DNA of 64,000 bases from Vicugna vicugna (lineage: Eukaryota), in assembly GCA_013265495.1 (NCBI GenBank), contig MU058687.1, positions 2,048,001 through 2,112,000 on the forward strand. Direction: 5' to 3'. Position 1 is the first letter of the stretch. Every line of letters begins with the position of its first letter. Position numbers and translations under genes: made by a program. The notes under the pieces are model-generated. The model was not told where the DNA came from. It made no database searches and saw only the letters and a list, made by a program, of their open reading frames with translations. Of this stretch, positions 27,741 through 40,581 are shown one piece after another.

Positions 27741-30159
27741 CATGCATTTGCTACCTCCAAGGACAGTGTTGTGCACGGATGGGGAACATGAGTTCTGGGG
27801 TCAGGCAGCCTGGGTGTGAATCCTGGTTCTGTTGCTTACTGTCTACTTGTCCTTGATGAAGTGAAGATGATGACAAGGTTGCTGTGGGGATTTGAAGAAA
27901 TATCCTCTCTAAAGTGCACAGCCAGGCAATGCACGTGAGGAAATGCTTCATGAAGGTTTGAAACGATTGCTTTTATCAGCATTTTATGGGTTAAAACCCC
28001 ATCTCCCTGAGCCTTCTGATATTGTCCAGCTTGGACTGAGATGAGCAAGGTGCAGTTGCTCCCAGGCTAGCTCAGTGGTTTTCCATTTGCGTATATTTGT
28101 AAAGAGTAGAACCCTTTAGGCAAATTCTTTTGTGTAGCCCCAGTATTGGGATGGAGAAGGAGAGTTGCTCCAGCTGGGGAGTAGAAATGCTGGCCCTCCC
28201 TGCGCTGCAGGCACATGCACACCCACCTACACACACGTGTGTGGACACACACTCTTTCTCTCTCAGCTTCCCCACTGCATCCTCCCAGGAACTCCCAGAA
28301 AACCCTGGAAGGGTTGGGGTTGGAAACTACTACCTGGCAGGAAGGGCCTTCCTTGTGGAGAGTCCTGGAGGGGTCTCAGGGCCCCGTGAACAAGGAAGCA
28401 CTGGGCTCAGCGGGAGGCGGGGCAGGGCCTCGGCCTTAGGCGGCCTCAACCCAGTCACAGGAAGGCTGGGCTGCCATGGGCTGAACTGGGGCCACGAGGA
28501 AGAAATGCGGTGCCCACCCCAACCGAGTCCATTTGTCTCACTTTCCTCTGGGTCCTAGAAAACACCTTTACCTGGCTTCTCGAGAGGAAACGTAACTTAA
28601 AAAGCAAGGTCTGTGATAGTGGGTCCCAGGTCACCTGCATGAGCTGACAGTGTTTCTGACACTGACTAATGTTTCTAACACTGGCTGAGCCAGAGAAAGC
28701 GGGGTGTCAGATGTGTGTGTACATGGGTGACTGTGTGTGCCCAAGTATGTGTGTCCATCTCTGTGTGAGACTGTCTGTGTGCGTATGTGTACGTCCAATT
28801 ACGCTAGTGTCTGTGTGTACGCGAGTGTGTATCCATACCTGATATGTGTTCACATGTGCGTCTATGCGTGTCTGCATGAATTCTCAGAAAGGGCCTCATG
28901 CCTCATCCTGTTCCCCAAAGGACTTCTGATAAATTCACTAATTCACTCACTCATCCAGTCACACATTCCTTCAACAAACTAATTAACGAATCTTAAAATG
29001 ATGAATTACAATTTAGTTAAAAGCCATCGTGCCATGGGAGCACGTGCCCAGGATTTTGGGATGTCCTAAGCTCTGAGGTCTCTGTAGGGACCTGTGTCTC
29101 CCTGACCTCAAACACTGCCGAGTAACTTTCCACCTGGTTGCTGGTGCCCCTCGCAGCTCTGTGGGTGCTCTCTGAGCTTCATTTACATGGGCAACCCTAT
29201 TTCTCCCTCATACCTGTGGCTTTGGGCCATCCCTGAGGGCGTGGAAGTTCTTCTTACTGATTTCCGCCACATTAAGTGTACATGGATCTCATCAGAGGGT
29301 CCAGTGCCAACTCCAAATGTGTGTGTGTGACCCTGGATAGGTGTGTATATCCCCTTGGATGTGGAAGGTATATCCTTGGGTGTGAGGTCCCCGGGGGATC
29401 CTAAGATCCTTTGGAGTATCTCCCAGTGTGTGAATGTAACTCTCAGCCTGGCCTGGGCCTGGACCCATTCCCCGCCTGCCCTCAGAAGCCCCCACTGCGT
29501 TGTCCTGGCAGTAATTACAGCAGATAAACTGCTCCAGTTGAGGGCTGCTGTCCCCGGCTGGCTGCCAGCCGTGCGGCCCCAGGCTGCGCTGTGGGAGTCC
29601 ATTCATTTTAATAAGAGGTACACCCTGTGTTATTAAGAAGAGTGTTTATTACTGTCGCCACGCACTGACAGCAGCTTCCATCATCGTTAAACGGCAGATG
29701 GGGGGAGGGTAGGGGGCTGTGCACTGCAGCTCTTCCGCGGCACCGGCCCAGCTGGTGAGGCTAGGGAGGGAGGGTCTCTCTCCTCACTTGCCCTGGGACT
29801 GCATGGCAGCCCCTTTTCTAGCAAGAATGGAGCCGTTCAGCTGAGCCTGAACCTGCTTGGGATGGGGGTCCGGGCTGGTGGAGGGGAGATGGAGGGAATG
29901 CTGCTCAGTATCCAGATGCTGCCCAGGGAGGAAAAAGGGTTTGAGTTTGTCTCCAGGGCTAGGCATGGCGACCCACTGGCCCACCTGCCAGACTCTTGGT
30001 TTCACCTGGATTGCCTCGCCCAGGGCTCTTTTCAATCATTGAGTAAATGAAGCCTTGTCAAACTCCTTACCCTTCCTGTCCTTCCTGTCATCTTTCAGGA
30101 CATTTGGATGTGGACAAGGGTTGGGAGCAATAATGAGAAGTGTGATGATGGAGAAGGAA

Positions 30160-30705
30160 CAGAGTTTCCTAAATGTTCTCAGTTCATGGCACTCTTACTG
30201 TCTTAGTAATTTTTTCACGATATCCCTTGGTCAAGAAAATATCTACAAGTTCTGTTTCTTAGGTACTTAGGTCTAAACAACTCAAGTATTTGTGTTTTCA
30301 CAACTCATTAGCCATTTCAAAACAACAGGTCACATAAATTTAAATTAAAAAACATTTTTTTCATTGTTAATCCCAATTATGTACCAGTGGGACGTATGTG
30401 CCTGTTGGCACACTTTGGAATGAGATTGAACACCACAACCCTCATTCAGTTATGTTTTGATTTTTATCACAGTCACTGAAAAGCCAGCATCTCAAAGATA
30501 TCATTGCAAAGAATGTAGTGTGATCTACGGAAGCTGGGAACTACTTCAAGCTAGTAACTCACATGGTATCTGACAGATGTCAAGAATTTCCTCAACATTG
30601 GCAGGTGTCAAGTGTTTGCTTTGAAAGTTTAAAACATCCTACAGTGCCCCTGAGCAGGTGCTTCAGGGCCCAGGAGCATCTTGGTCCACAGTTTGGAAAT
30701 TGTGG
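30160..30705. mobile_element. hAT-Charlie-type DNA transposon remnant
   Basis: Imperfect TIRs cagagtttcctaaa... and ...cacagtttggaaattgtg around an AT-rich interior. Confidence 0.45.
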
Positions 30706-30877
30706 TTGTAGAAGACTTGGGTTCCAGTCCCAATTTGTTTACTTGCTTGTTTACATATCTATTTATTTAGCGAACAGGTTCATAGTTACTGACTCTGTAC
30801 CAGGCCCTGTTCTAAAATCTTCATAATTATTAACTAATCTAATCATCAAAACAACCTTATGGGATAGATATTATTAT

Positions 30878-31152
30878 GAGATGGTTCATTTTGTGTCAAC
30901 TTTGTGAGGCTATACTGCCCAGTTGTTTAGTTAAGCACCAGTCTAGATGTTGCTGTATTTTTAAAGATGTGATTAATATTTAAATCAGTAGACCCTGAGT
31001 AAAGCATATTACCCTCTATAATGTGGGTGGGCCACATCTAATCAGTTGAGGCCTTAAGACTGAAGTTTCTTGAATCAAGACTGCAACATCAACTCTTACC
31101 TGAATTTCCAGGCTACTGGCTTACCTTATAGATTTCAGATTTGCCAGCCCCC
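30878..31152 (+). mobile_element. MLT2 (ERVL) LTR fragment, nested in a MIR
   Basis: Contains tgagatggttcattttgtgtcaact and accctctataatgtgggtgggccacatctaatcagttgaggcc. Confidence 0.7.
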
Positions 31153-31377
31153 ATTGATACCTACCACTATCCTCATTTATGGAAAGACACTGTTCACCTA
31201 CCAATTAATTACTAAATAGCTATGTGGCCTTGGGTAAGTCTTTTTCTCTTTGGGCCTCTGTTTTATTATAGCCAAATGAGGGAGTTGGACAAGATGTATT
31301 AAAGGTTACTTCCAGTGCTAACATCTAGTCTGAGAGGTGGTGGATATAATCTTGCCAAGGTCGTTATGGAAGGCCTC

Positions 31378-31856
31378 TGTTATTGGTTACCCAGCAGCCA
31401 TACCTAACCCACTTTTCCCTTGCCACCATGTAGGTACTCCTGTTCTTAGCCTTGCTTGTAACTAGGGATAGCCATGTGACCTTCTTCTGGCTAGTGATGT
31501 ACAAAGAAGACATGCACTGGGGACTCCTAAAAAATATATTTTGCTACCCCACAGGAAAGTTTAGAGAAGAGAATTCACTGGTGCTGATCTTTCCACTTTC
31601 TCTGTGCCTCTAAGAAGGCCATGATGTCTAGAGCTGCAGCAGCAATCTTGTGACTGTGAGGCACAGACCAATAGCTAAGGATGGCAGAAAGAAACAAAAA
31701 GAGTCTGGGTTCTTAATACATAGTTAAGCTGCTAAACAACCCTAAGATCTGCCATATCTGAACTTGTTGGTATGCAGGCTGTACACATACTTGCAGCTAA
31801 GCCATGGTTGCTGTGTGTTCTGCTACTCCCAGGTCACAGCACTTTTACCGGATACA
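31378..31856 (+). mobile_element. Old MLT1 LTR (J/K-type)
   Basis: Contains gccatgtgacc and gctgcagcagcaatcttgtgactgtgag, ending ...gataca. Confidence 0.5.
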
Positions 31857-32049
31857 GGTGCCTTCCTTTATTGCTTAGCTTGGTGAGTGATCATGGGAAA
31901 GGTCTTGACTTTGGGGATTGTTATTTTAGGCCTCAAGGAAACTGAATTTACTCTTCTTGATTGAGTATAACTTTGACTCCAAGAAGAAAGGCACTAACAC
32001 TATGTTGTCCCAAATTTCCCATAGGTGGCGCCATACATTCTTGATCAGA

Positions 32050-32654
32050 AAGATTGATACTCCCCAGTTTTTCAACAGTGTACTTATCAAGTAGATGGAT
32101 TTAGAGCTCATTGAAAGGTATGTGGGTCACAAGGGGCCAGCATTGTTTATACCAGCCAAATCTCACTTTTCGTGTTTTGTAAGATTGATGAGGGAAAAGC
32201 CAGAGATATCACATTCTTGTATGTCAAGGAGTTTGATAAAACCTATCACAAGAGACTTGGGGCCTGATACAGAAAATGGGGGTTGAATAATAGCACAGTT
32301 TTAGTTCATTCCTCTTGATCAATCAAGTCCTGGCTGTCTGTTTAGCCAACACTTTCATATTACTTACCATGTGCTAGGCCCTGTTCTAAGAGCTTTACAA
32401 ATATTAACTCATTTAATCATCATGACAATCTTATGGATAGGTGCTATTATTATTCTCACTAAAGAGGTCTGATCATTGAGTTGATGTCAGCCTGGATAGA
32501 GTCTCTAGTGGCAGGCCACGGGGCTCTGCTCTTAATCCCGTTTTGTTAAGCTTTTTTGGAAATTAAGGGCTTGAATAGGAAACACATGGCCATGGTTTAG
32601 AATTGTCAGAGCTAACATATGTTAGATGATTCCAGTAGGTTGTAATGGTGGGAC
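32050..32654 (+). mobile_element. L3/CR1 LINE relic (reverse transcriptase region), interrupted by a MIR and by the young L1
   Basis: Reads DEGKARDITFLYVKEFDK (~32186-32239; CR1 DEGKAVD.YLDFSKAFD) and VSSGRPRGSALNPVLL (~32502-32549; CR1 VSSGVPQGSVLGPVLF). Confidence 0.7.
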
Positions 32655-32706
32655 TGAAACTATCAAGCTTGATTGAATAGGATTACGTATAAAACTATGC
32701 ACCTTT

Positions 32707-34225
32707 TTTTTTAAATTTTTTTTTATGTTTGTATTTTCTTTTTTTTTTTACATTTTTTATTGATTCATAATCATTTTACAGTGTTGTGTCAAATTCCAGT
32801 ATTCAGTACAATTTTTCAGTCATTCATGAACATATACACACTCATTGTCACATTTTTTTCTCTGTGATTTATCATAACATTTTGTGTATATTTCCCTGTG
32901 CTATACAGTGTAATCTTGTTTATCTATTCTACAATTTTGAAATCCCAGTCTATCCCTTCCAACCCTCTACCCCTCCCCCCCCCGGTAACCACAAGTCTGT
33001 ATTCTCTGTCCATGAGTCCATTTCTGTCCTATATTTATGCTTTGTTTTTGTTTGTTTGTTTGTTTTTGTTTTTTAGATTCCACATATGAGCGATCTCATA
33101 TGGTATTTTTCTTTCTCTTTCTGGCTTACTTCACTTAGAATGACATTCTCTAGGAGCATCCATGTTGCTGCAAATGGCATTATGTTGTCGGTTTTTATGG
33201 CTGAGTAGTATTCCATTGTATAAATATACCACATCTTCTTTATCCAGTCACCTGTTGATGGACATTTAGGTTGTTTCCATGTTTTGGCTATTGTAAATAG
33301 TGCTGCTATGAACATTGGGGTGCAGGTGTCATCCTGAAGTAGATTTCCTTCTGGATACAAGCCCAGGAGTGGGATTCCTGGGTCATATGGTAAGTCTATT
33401 CCTAGTCTTTTGAGGAATCTCCACACTGTTTTCCATAGTGGCTGCACCAAACTGCATTCCCACCAGCAGTGTAGGAGGGTTCCCCTTTCTCCACAGCCTC
33501 TCCAGCATTTGTCATTTTTGGATTTTTGAATGACGGCCATTCTGACTGGTGTGAGGTGATACCTCATTGTAGTTTTGATTTGCATTTCTCTGATAATTAG
33601 TGATATTGAACATTTTTTCATGTGCTTTTTGATCATTTGTATGTCTTCCTTGGAGAATTGCTTGTTTAGGTCTTCTGCCCATTTTTGGATTGGGTTGTTT
33701 ATTTTTTTCTTATTGAGTCGTATGAGCTGCTTATATATTTTGGAGATCAAGCCTTTGTCGGTTTCACTTGCAAAAATTTTCTCCCATTCCGTAGGTTTTC
33801 TTCTTGTTTTATTTCTGGTTTCCTTTGCTCTGCAGAAGCTTGTAAGTTTCATTAGGTCCCATTTGTTTATTCTTGCTTTTATTTCTTCTAGGAGAAAATT
33901 TTTGAAATGTATGTCAGATAATGTTTTGCCTATGTTTTCCTCTAGGAGGTTTATTGTATCTTGTCTTATGTTTAAGTCTTTAATCCATTTTGAGTTGATT
34001 TTTGTATATGGTGTAAGGGTGTGTTCTAGCTTCATTGTTTTACATGCTGCTGTCCAGTTTTCCCAACACCATTTGCTGAAGAGACTGTCTTTATTCCATT
34101 GTATATTCTTGCCTCCTTTGTCGAAGATGAGTTGACCAAAAGTTTGTGGGTTCATTTCTGGGCTCTCTATTCTGTTCCATTGGTCTATATGTCTGTTTTG
34201 GTACCAATACCATGCTGTCTTGATG
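32707..34225 (-). mobile_element. Young 5'-truncated LINE-1 (lineage-specific): ORF2 C-terminus, 3' UTR and poly(A)
   Basis: Frame open from 34224 to the stop at 33073 ([27 protein letters not shown]...[18 protein letters not shown]...SLICGI, including the CCHC knuckle). AATAAA and poly(A) appear as a T-tract at ~32704-32760. Flanking direct repeat 32655-32706 / 34226-34277. Confidence 0.97.
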
Positions 34226-34614
34226 TGAAACTATCAAGCTTGATTGAATAGGATTACGTATAAAACTATGCGCCTTTGCTTTAAAAAGCTTCATTGTACT
34301 AACACAGAGGTGGAGATTGGTGGCTAAATGGCAGTATGTGTGACAGAAGACCTGGCCATGTTAGTTGCCTGCAAGCTCAGGGGGCCAGAACTGCAGTGCA
34401 CCTAATAGCAAATGAGACCCGTCATGTGTGATGAACGTGGGGTGTCCAGGAGTTGGGTGAGATTGACCTGGGACCCACTTTTCACATTTGACATCACATA
34501 CAGAAAACTGGGTTCTACTCTCTGAACTACACCCTGCAGAGAAATAGCAGCACACCAGAGAACACAGAGAGTGACCAGGATGGGATGGGCCTGGAAACCA
34601 TCACAACTACAGTG

Positions 34615-35110
34615 GACAGTGGTTGTTTTGGCCTTATCTCCATTCTCCCTTGTTTTGGAAAGTGCTCCCTGATTTTCCTTACGGGGACCCACCCCACCTC
34701 ACTGGCCATGTCACAGAGGTGGGGCCAACCCTTAGAAGTGGGTGTATGACCTAGGCCTGACTGGCCAGAGGGTTGCATCTCCCTGGACACAGGGGCTGGT
34801 TCAGGGTGGTCATGTGACCCAAGCGCAGCCAAAGAGATATCTACCCATGGCTTTTTCTGGAATGATTGGGAAAGAGGAGCTCTTTTTCTGGTGCATTTGC
34901 TGAGCTGGTGGGATTTAGGCTGAGTCTGCCAAGGGCTACTGCATTGGGAGCGCCTGCCTGAGAATGATGCAGAGGAAGGCAGAACCAAAAAATGGGGACA
35001 GGCTCCTCAAAACATTGTTTGAGCCCTTGGGTCCCACTGTGCCTAACCCTGAATCTTGCCAGTTTCATGAGTCAATGAATTTCCTTTGGGGTCGGGATTT
35101 TGTCCCTTGT
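34615..35110 (+). mobile_element. Old MLT1 LTR (K/L-type)
   Basis: Contains ggttcagggtggtcatgtgacccaag and tttgagccc...gtgcct, typical of old MLT1 elements. Confidence 0.45.
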
Positions 35111-35259
35111 GATTCTGACCAACAGCAACTGAGCCCTTTGAGCCTGACAAAGGGTCTTCTAATTCTCAAAGTGAATGAGCCATTTCCACATGGAACCTGA
35201 CAGCAGCAGAAGAGCCAGTGGTGGTGGTAAGAGGACCTCACAGATTTGGGCTCCAAGAA

Positions 35260-35445
35260 GATGAGAAAGAATTTTCAAAGGGTAAGTGCTGCCTGAGGAT
35301 GGACTCAACCATCCCTCTGAGGTGGTGAGTCCCTTGGCCCCAGAAAGTGCCAGCAGGGGCTGTTGGGGTTATCCTGAGGGCTGCTTGTGCATTGGGTAGA
35401 GAATTGGACCAAATAGCTCTTGAAGTTTAAGATATGATGATTCAA
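35260..35445 (+). mobile_element. L3/MIR3-type 3' tail fragment
   Basis: Contains gaggtggtgagtccc...ttggaccaaatagctcttgaag...gatgattc, resembling the CR1/L3 3' end. Confidence 0.45.
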
Positions 35446-37749
35446 CTATAAGTGCATTGTCGGGGGTTGTAGGGGCAACAATTCAGTGGAATTATGGTCT
35501 GGTGGAAAGGGACATCTGGAATCAGAATCTCTGGGTCCTCTTCTCTCTTTCATTGACCAACTGTGTAGCCCAAAGCAAAACAGTTAACCCCTCTTACTCA
35601 TGCTCTCCATCTGTCCAAATGGGACAATGCTATCTGCTGTCTCAGGGAGTTATTGTGAGGCTCAGATGCAGGAAAAGCTTTTAAAGGGTTTGAGGAAGTT
35701 AATGCATGGTCCAGATAGATGTGGGAGGCTGTTGGTAGGTGGTGAGGTGGAAAAGGGCCACGAGCAGGATGGAGGGTCTGCGTGGGGCTACCTAGGAGCC
35801 AGGCCTGGGCTGAAGGGGCTTCCTTGAAGTCACACTCCTTATGGGGAAGGGGCAGGTGATGTAAATGACTAGAATGGGGATGGAGCGAGATGGCAGGTAT
35901 CCATGGAGTGTGGACTGGAGTGAGCCTGCCCTATCTGAAGAATTGCAAACTCTAATTTGATAAAAATAACTGCAGACCAAATAAAAGACACTCATGGGCC
36001 ATGTTGGCTTATGGGCCCTAGTTTGCAGCCCCACAGCTAAATGAATAGGTAAAGAAGGACTTGGAAGCCAGTTGGTGTCTGATGAATGAGTGTGTTTCAG
36101 AATTATCAGCTCATCCTCACTCGAGGGTCCACCCATGGAAGGGGGACATGCTTTCCCAGCTCAGGGTTCCAGGCCATCAGATTCCCATTCCTTCCCATTC
36201 CCATTGTGGGGACAGGTACCCTTATGGTAATCAGCGAAGCTTGGAAAGACCCTGATGATTCCTGCACACAACCCGTTAAGTCATCCCCTCAATTCTGTCT
36301 GTCCAGGGGACCTCTCACCAGGTAGGAGGCCCCATTCCAGGTTCTCTCTAGAAATTGGGGAGCATTCCAGGCCTGGTGAGGCTCCTGCCCTGTCCCCTGC
36401 TTGGTAGAAGCTCCTGACCAAGCTGCTCAGAGAGCCCCACCCCAGGAGAGGCGAGCCAGGGGCTGCTTGGCTTGAGGCTGGTCCTCATTCCTCTCCTCCC
36501 CTCCTCTCGGTGATGCAATAAACCAGCCTGGGAGCCAGCTGCCCTCGCCCGTCCCACCCTCCCCAGGGACATCGGGGTGGACATGACATTGGGACTCATG
36601 TAGAGGCTGCTGGCTTTGGCAAGGTTGATTGGGACCCACATGTCAGCCAGGGCCACTTCCTCATCACCGTAACTCTGCGCCAAATAACAAGACCACGGGA
36701 ACCTGCTAGCGTAGGCCTGGGGAGCACACTCCATTACTCTCTTTTATTCACCAGGGAGATTTATGTGGCCTATCTCCCTTCCCTTTGTCCACCTGCGAGG
36801 CCCTATAAGTCATGTCCCGGGGCTGACAGGTCACAGGGCTTGTGCTGCTGCTCTGTCAGAGTGAGTGATGCTGGGGGGTGATTAAAAGAGAGGAAGGGTG
36901 AAAGGTCAGCAGCAGACGGCATGATGGGAGTTTGGGATGTAATTATCACTCCCGTGACATACTGCTGGGTCGTACCCCCCTCTTGTAATAGGCATACACA
37001 CTTGGGTGCAGCTCAGAGAGAGGGGGAGGTGTGATGCTGAGAGGTGCCAGAAGGCCCTGCCGGAAGGGGCCGTGTCTATGGGCCTCACAGGGGAGCTTAG
37101 AAGGAGCATTGTGGGCCCCCCGGACAGCAGCACCCTCCGTGCAGCAAGGTGTTTCCCCAAGTCCGCAGCACAAAGCCTGGGACAGAGGAAGCACTGCTTG
37201 CCACGTGAGTGTGATTGTTATTAGCTCTGGAGGAAAGGATTAAGGAAAGGCAGAGACAGGGCGAGCTAAGAAGGTAACTGGAAAGAAAGCTTCCCCCAAT
37301 GTCCTGGGCTGACGGGTCTCTCATTTTCTGGACAGCTTGGCTCTTCCACTGGCATGTGGTCAGTCAGGGTCACAAAGTGACATGGCTGACCAGGAGCTGT
37401 CAGGCCCCCACCCGCTGAGGAACCCCTCCCTCGCTCACCTGCAGTGCCTGGAAGTTTCACCAAGGGAGACCCCTGCGGCTGCCTGGGAGGTGGGAGGGCC
37501 AGGCCCAGGGCAGGCCGGGACTTACTCTCACACTGCCTGGCAGGTTAGCACGGGTCAGCAGGGCCAGTCAGTCCTGAGGGTAAGTTTTGATAAGAATTTG
37601 AAAGGGTTATTCTGGAGAGTGGGTTTGGGAGGGTCCTGGGGAGACCAGGCCTTACCCAGAGGCTGTAGAAGGCTTCAGAGAGAATTGTCAGCTACATATC
37701 CATGTCACCCAGGCCTGACCACTCCCTAAACGCTGTAGAGTCACAGCTT

Positions 37750-38215
37750 TCAGATGGCACCTTGCTGGGTGGGGGGCTGTGCCCCTGTGAACTCACACTC
37801 TCATGTGGCTCCCTCTCATACTGAACCTGGACTGGCCTCGGACCTTTTTGTACAAAGCTCTAGGCCCAGGTCCAAAGAGGCCTTGTGGCTTCTACTTTCA
37901 CTCTCTTGGAGTTCCGAGCCACAGGGTAAAGAAGTCTGGGTCATCCTGTTAGAAAAATCACAGGCAGAGAAAGGCCAGGAGGAAAGAGAAGTCCCAGTGA
38001 TGACAGCCAGCCCGCCTGAGGGACCCGGCATGAAAGGAAGGCCATTTTGTCTCTTCTAGGCCAAACTGCAGCTGCAGACCAAGCCCAGGAAAACCATATG
38101 GAACAGAGATGAGCCATCCTGGCTGAACTCTGCCCAGCCAGCCCACAACACCATAAGCAATAAAATGGTGCTTGTTTTAAGCTGTTATCTGGGGATGGTT
38201 TGTGTGCAGTAAGAG
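37750..38215 (+). mobile_element. MLT1 (F/G/H-type) LTR
   Basis: 3' end aataaaatggtgcttgttttaagc...ggggatggtttgt...gcagtaagagat. Confidence 0.55.
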
Positions 38216-39659
38216 ATGACTCTCTTGTCTGAGGTCCCGAGAGCCATCCTCTGCTCCTTGCTTCTTGCTACACGCCCTACCCACCAAGGTCCAATCAAGG
38301 ACCCCTTATTGGAGTAGATACAGCTGTTCCAAGTAGAATCCCTGTCCAGTGTACCAAGGATGGGGTGGCCCACCCTGAGCACAGGCATTTAGAGCATAGA
38401 CCAACAAAAGTTTTTTTTTCCCCTAGGAGGAGTATTGTATCACTGGTGTGGTTTAAAATTACTAGAGCATGTTAATAATGAAAACCAGATTTTCAATCAT
38501 TATTGTTTTTAAATTCTTTGAGACAATGCAACCCCTTATTGCCTGCACCTCTGCTCACTGCCCCATCCCTGGAGCACCACTGGACCTGGGGGCTTCCTCA
38601 GGATGATATGAACTTCCAGGAGAGAGAATTGGAAAGAAGTTAAATCTGGAAATGGCCCTAAGGCCCCAGGAAGGAGGATCAGTAAGGTTTTCTTGGGCCT
38701 CTGTTATATGTGGGGCTTTTGCAGGTGTTACTGCTTTTAATCCTTAGGGTGACCCCACCCACATTTTGACAGAGGAAGACAGGAGGCTCTCCAGGGTGGG
38801 AGGTTCACCTGAGCTCAGAGGGTAAGAAAGTGATGGGGCTGTGGTGTGGACACAGGCTTTTGGACTCTGGACTCCAGTACTAAGCAGGATGGAGGGAAGA
38901 TTGGTCCCCAGCCCTGGGGGCTGGGACTCCCAGGACAGAGAGACGCTGACAGAGGCTACGGTGGCCTCTTCCTCAATGCCTCTGAGAGTTTCTCTCCACT
39001 TTCCACAGCTGCCCCTAAAAGTGAAATCTGCCTCCTCCCTTTTCTTTGTAAGATACTGACATATAATGTAGTGGTTAAGTGGTGCTGGAAACCTGCATTC
39101 AAATCCTAGCTCTGCCCATAAGAGCAGAGCTATTTGACTTGGACAAATTTCTCAACCTCTTTTTGACCTTAAAATTGGATTAATCTCTGTATTTGCCTCA
39201 TTAAAACTGATGTGAGACCCAAAAGACTGTATATATGTAGTGTAGACTCTGGCATATATTTTAAATTATTTAATGAACACTAATAGAGCATTAAGGGTGG
39301 ACATAGTAAGAACAACAAATATTAACTCATTTAATTCTTTCAACAACCCTGTAAGGTGAGTATTGTTATTACCCCTATTTAATCGATGGGAGACCCAAGA
39401 CACAGGAAAGCCCAGTGACTCCCTCAGGGTCACACAGCTAGCAGGTGACAGGCCAGGATTCAAACTCAGGTATGTCTGCCCCCTAGACATGGATTTAGTA
39501 TCTACACAGGCTGCACTTAGTAAATGCCAGCTATTCTAATTTTTACCCAGTTTCCCTGAATAAACTCTGGGGGTTCCTCAATCTCTCTTCCCACTTCTCT
39601 TCCACAGAAATTATACTAGAGACCCTTTGGTATAAGTAATAATATGAAAAGGAAAACTA

Positions 39660-40080
39660 GAAAAATTAAAGCAGGTACTACTTCCCATCCTTTAAATAGG
39701 TAAAAATTTAAAAATGTAGGAACATCAAATATTGTCAAGAGTATGGGGGAATGGGTACTTTTACACACTGCTGGTGGGAGGGTAAATTGTAAAGCCTCTT
39801 TGAAAGGATCGTTTAGAAGAGACAATTAAAATTAAAACCATGCATTTCTTATGATCCAACAATGCCACTTCTTGGTGTCTGTCCTAAAGAAACACACATA
39901 CATGTGCACAAGGTGACTTGTCCACTGCTGCACTGTGATAGTGACCAGCCAGGAACAACCCAGGTGTCCATCGACAGGAGATGACAACACGAAGTACAGA
40001 GCCACATCCTGCGCTGCCCACCATGGAGCGCCAGGCAGTGGTGAAAAGAGTATGGTAGCTCTGTAGGCACACACATGAAA
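39660..40080 (+). mobile_element. Ancient L1M ORF2-end fragment
   Basis: Contains cacactgctggtgggagggtaaattgt...tatgatccaacaatgccacttcttggt...caacccaggtgtccatcgacagg. Confidence 0.65.
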
Positions 40081-40581
40081 GGCTCTCTAAGATTTCGTGT
40101 CTGTTCATTCATCCAAGCAAGAAATGTTTACTGAGCACCTACTAAGTGCCAGGCATTCTTCTAGGTCCTGGGGACATAGCTGTGGATGGGAAAAATCTCT
40201 GAGCTTGTGGGGCCTCCAATCATTGCCGAGTGGAAAAAAAAGCAAGTTGCAGAACAACATGTAGAAGGCTATTTCTGTCAAAGTAAATCCCACCACAGAA
40301 AAATGGTGTATCTTTTCTAAGGATATCTGTGCATGTATATAAATACATAGAAAAGGAACTGAAATGTTATACACCACGTTGTTAATGGTGATGACCTCTG
40401 GGAGATCAAGAGGAAACCAAGACTTTAGTTTGGTCAAACATTATCGACAATATTTTATTTTTTATAATGACAGTTTAATTTTGTATTACTTTTATAATTA
40501 AATTTTATTATTAAAATGGAAAAAAAATCTATCAGGGAGTGTAGCTTTCTATGGTGTAGACTTTGCAATTAGACAAACGTG

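Noticed and set aside
28651..28688. Short tandem duplications (also near 51417-51449, 10517-10538 and 6348-6364)
   Set aside because: Ordinary replication-slippage products of 2-3 units, not array-like.
32707..32750. 3' transduction in the young L1 tail (GAAAATACAAACAT interruption on the minus strand)
   Set aside because: Too short and A-rich to distinguish from poly(A) decay.
33575..34135. 186-aa hydrophobic ORF on the + strand
   Set aside because: Antisense shadow of L1 ORF2, a common artefact.
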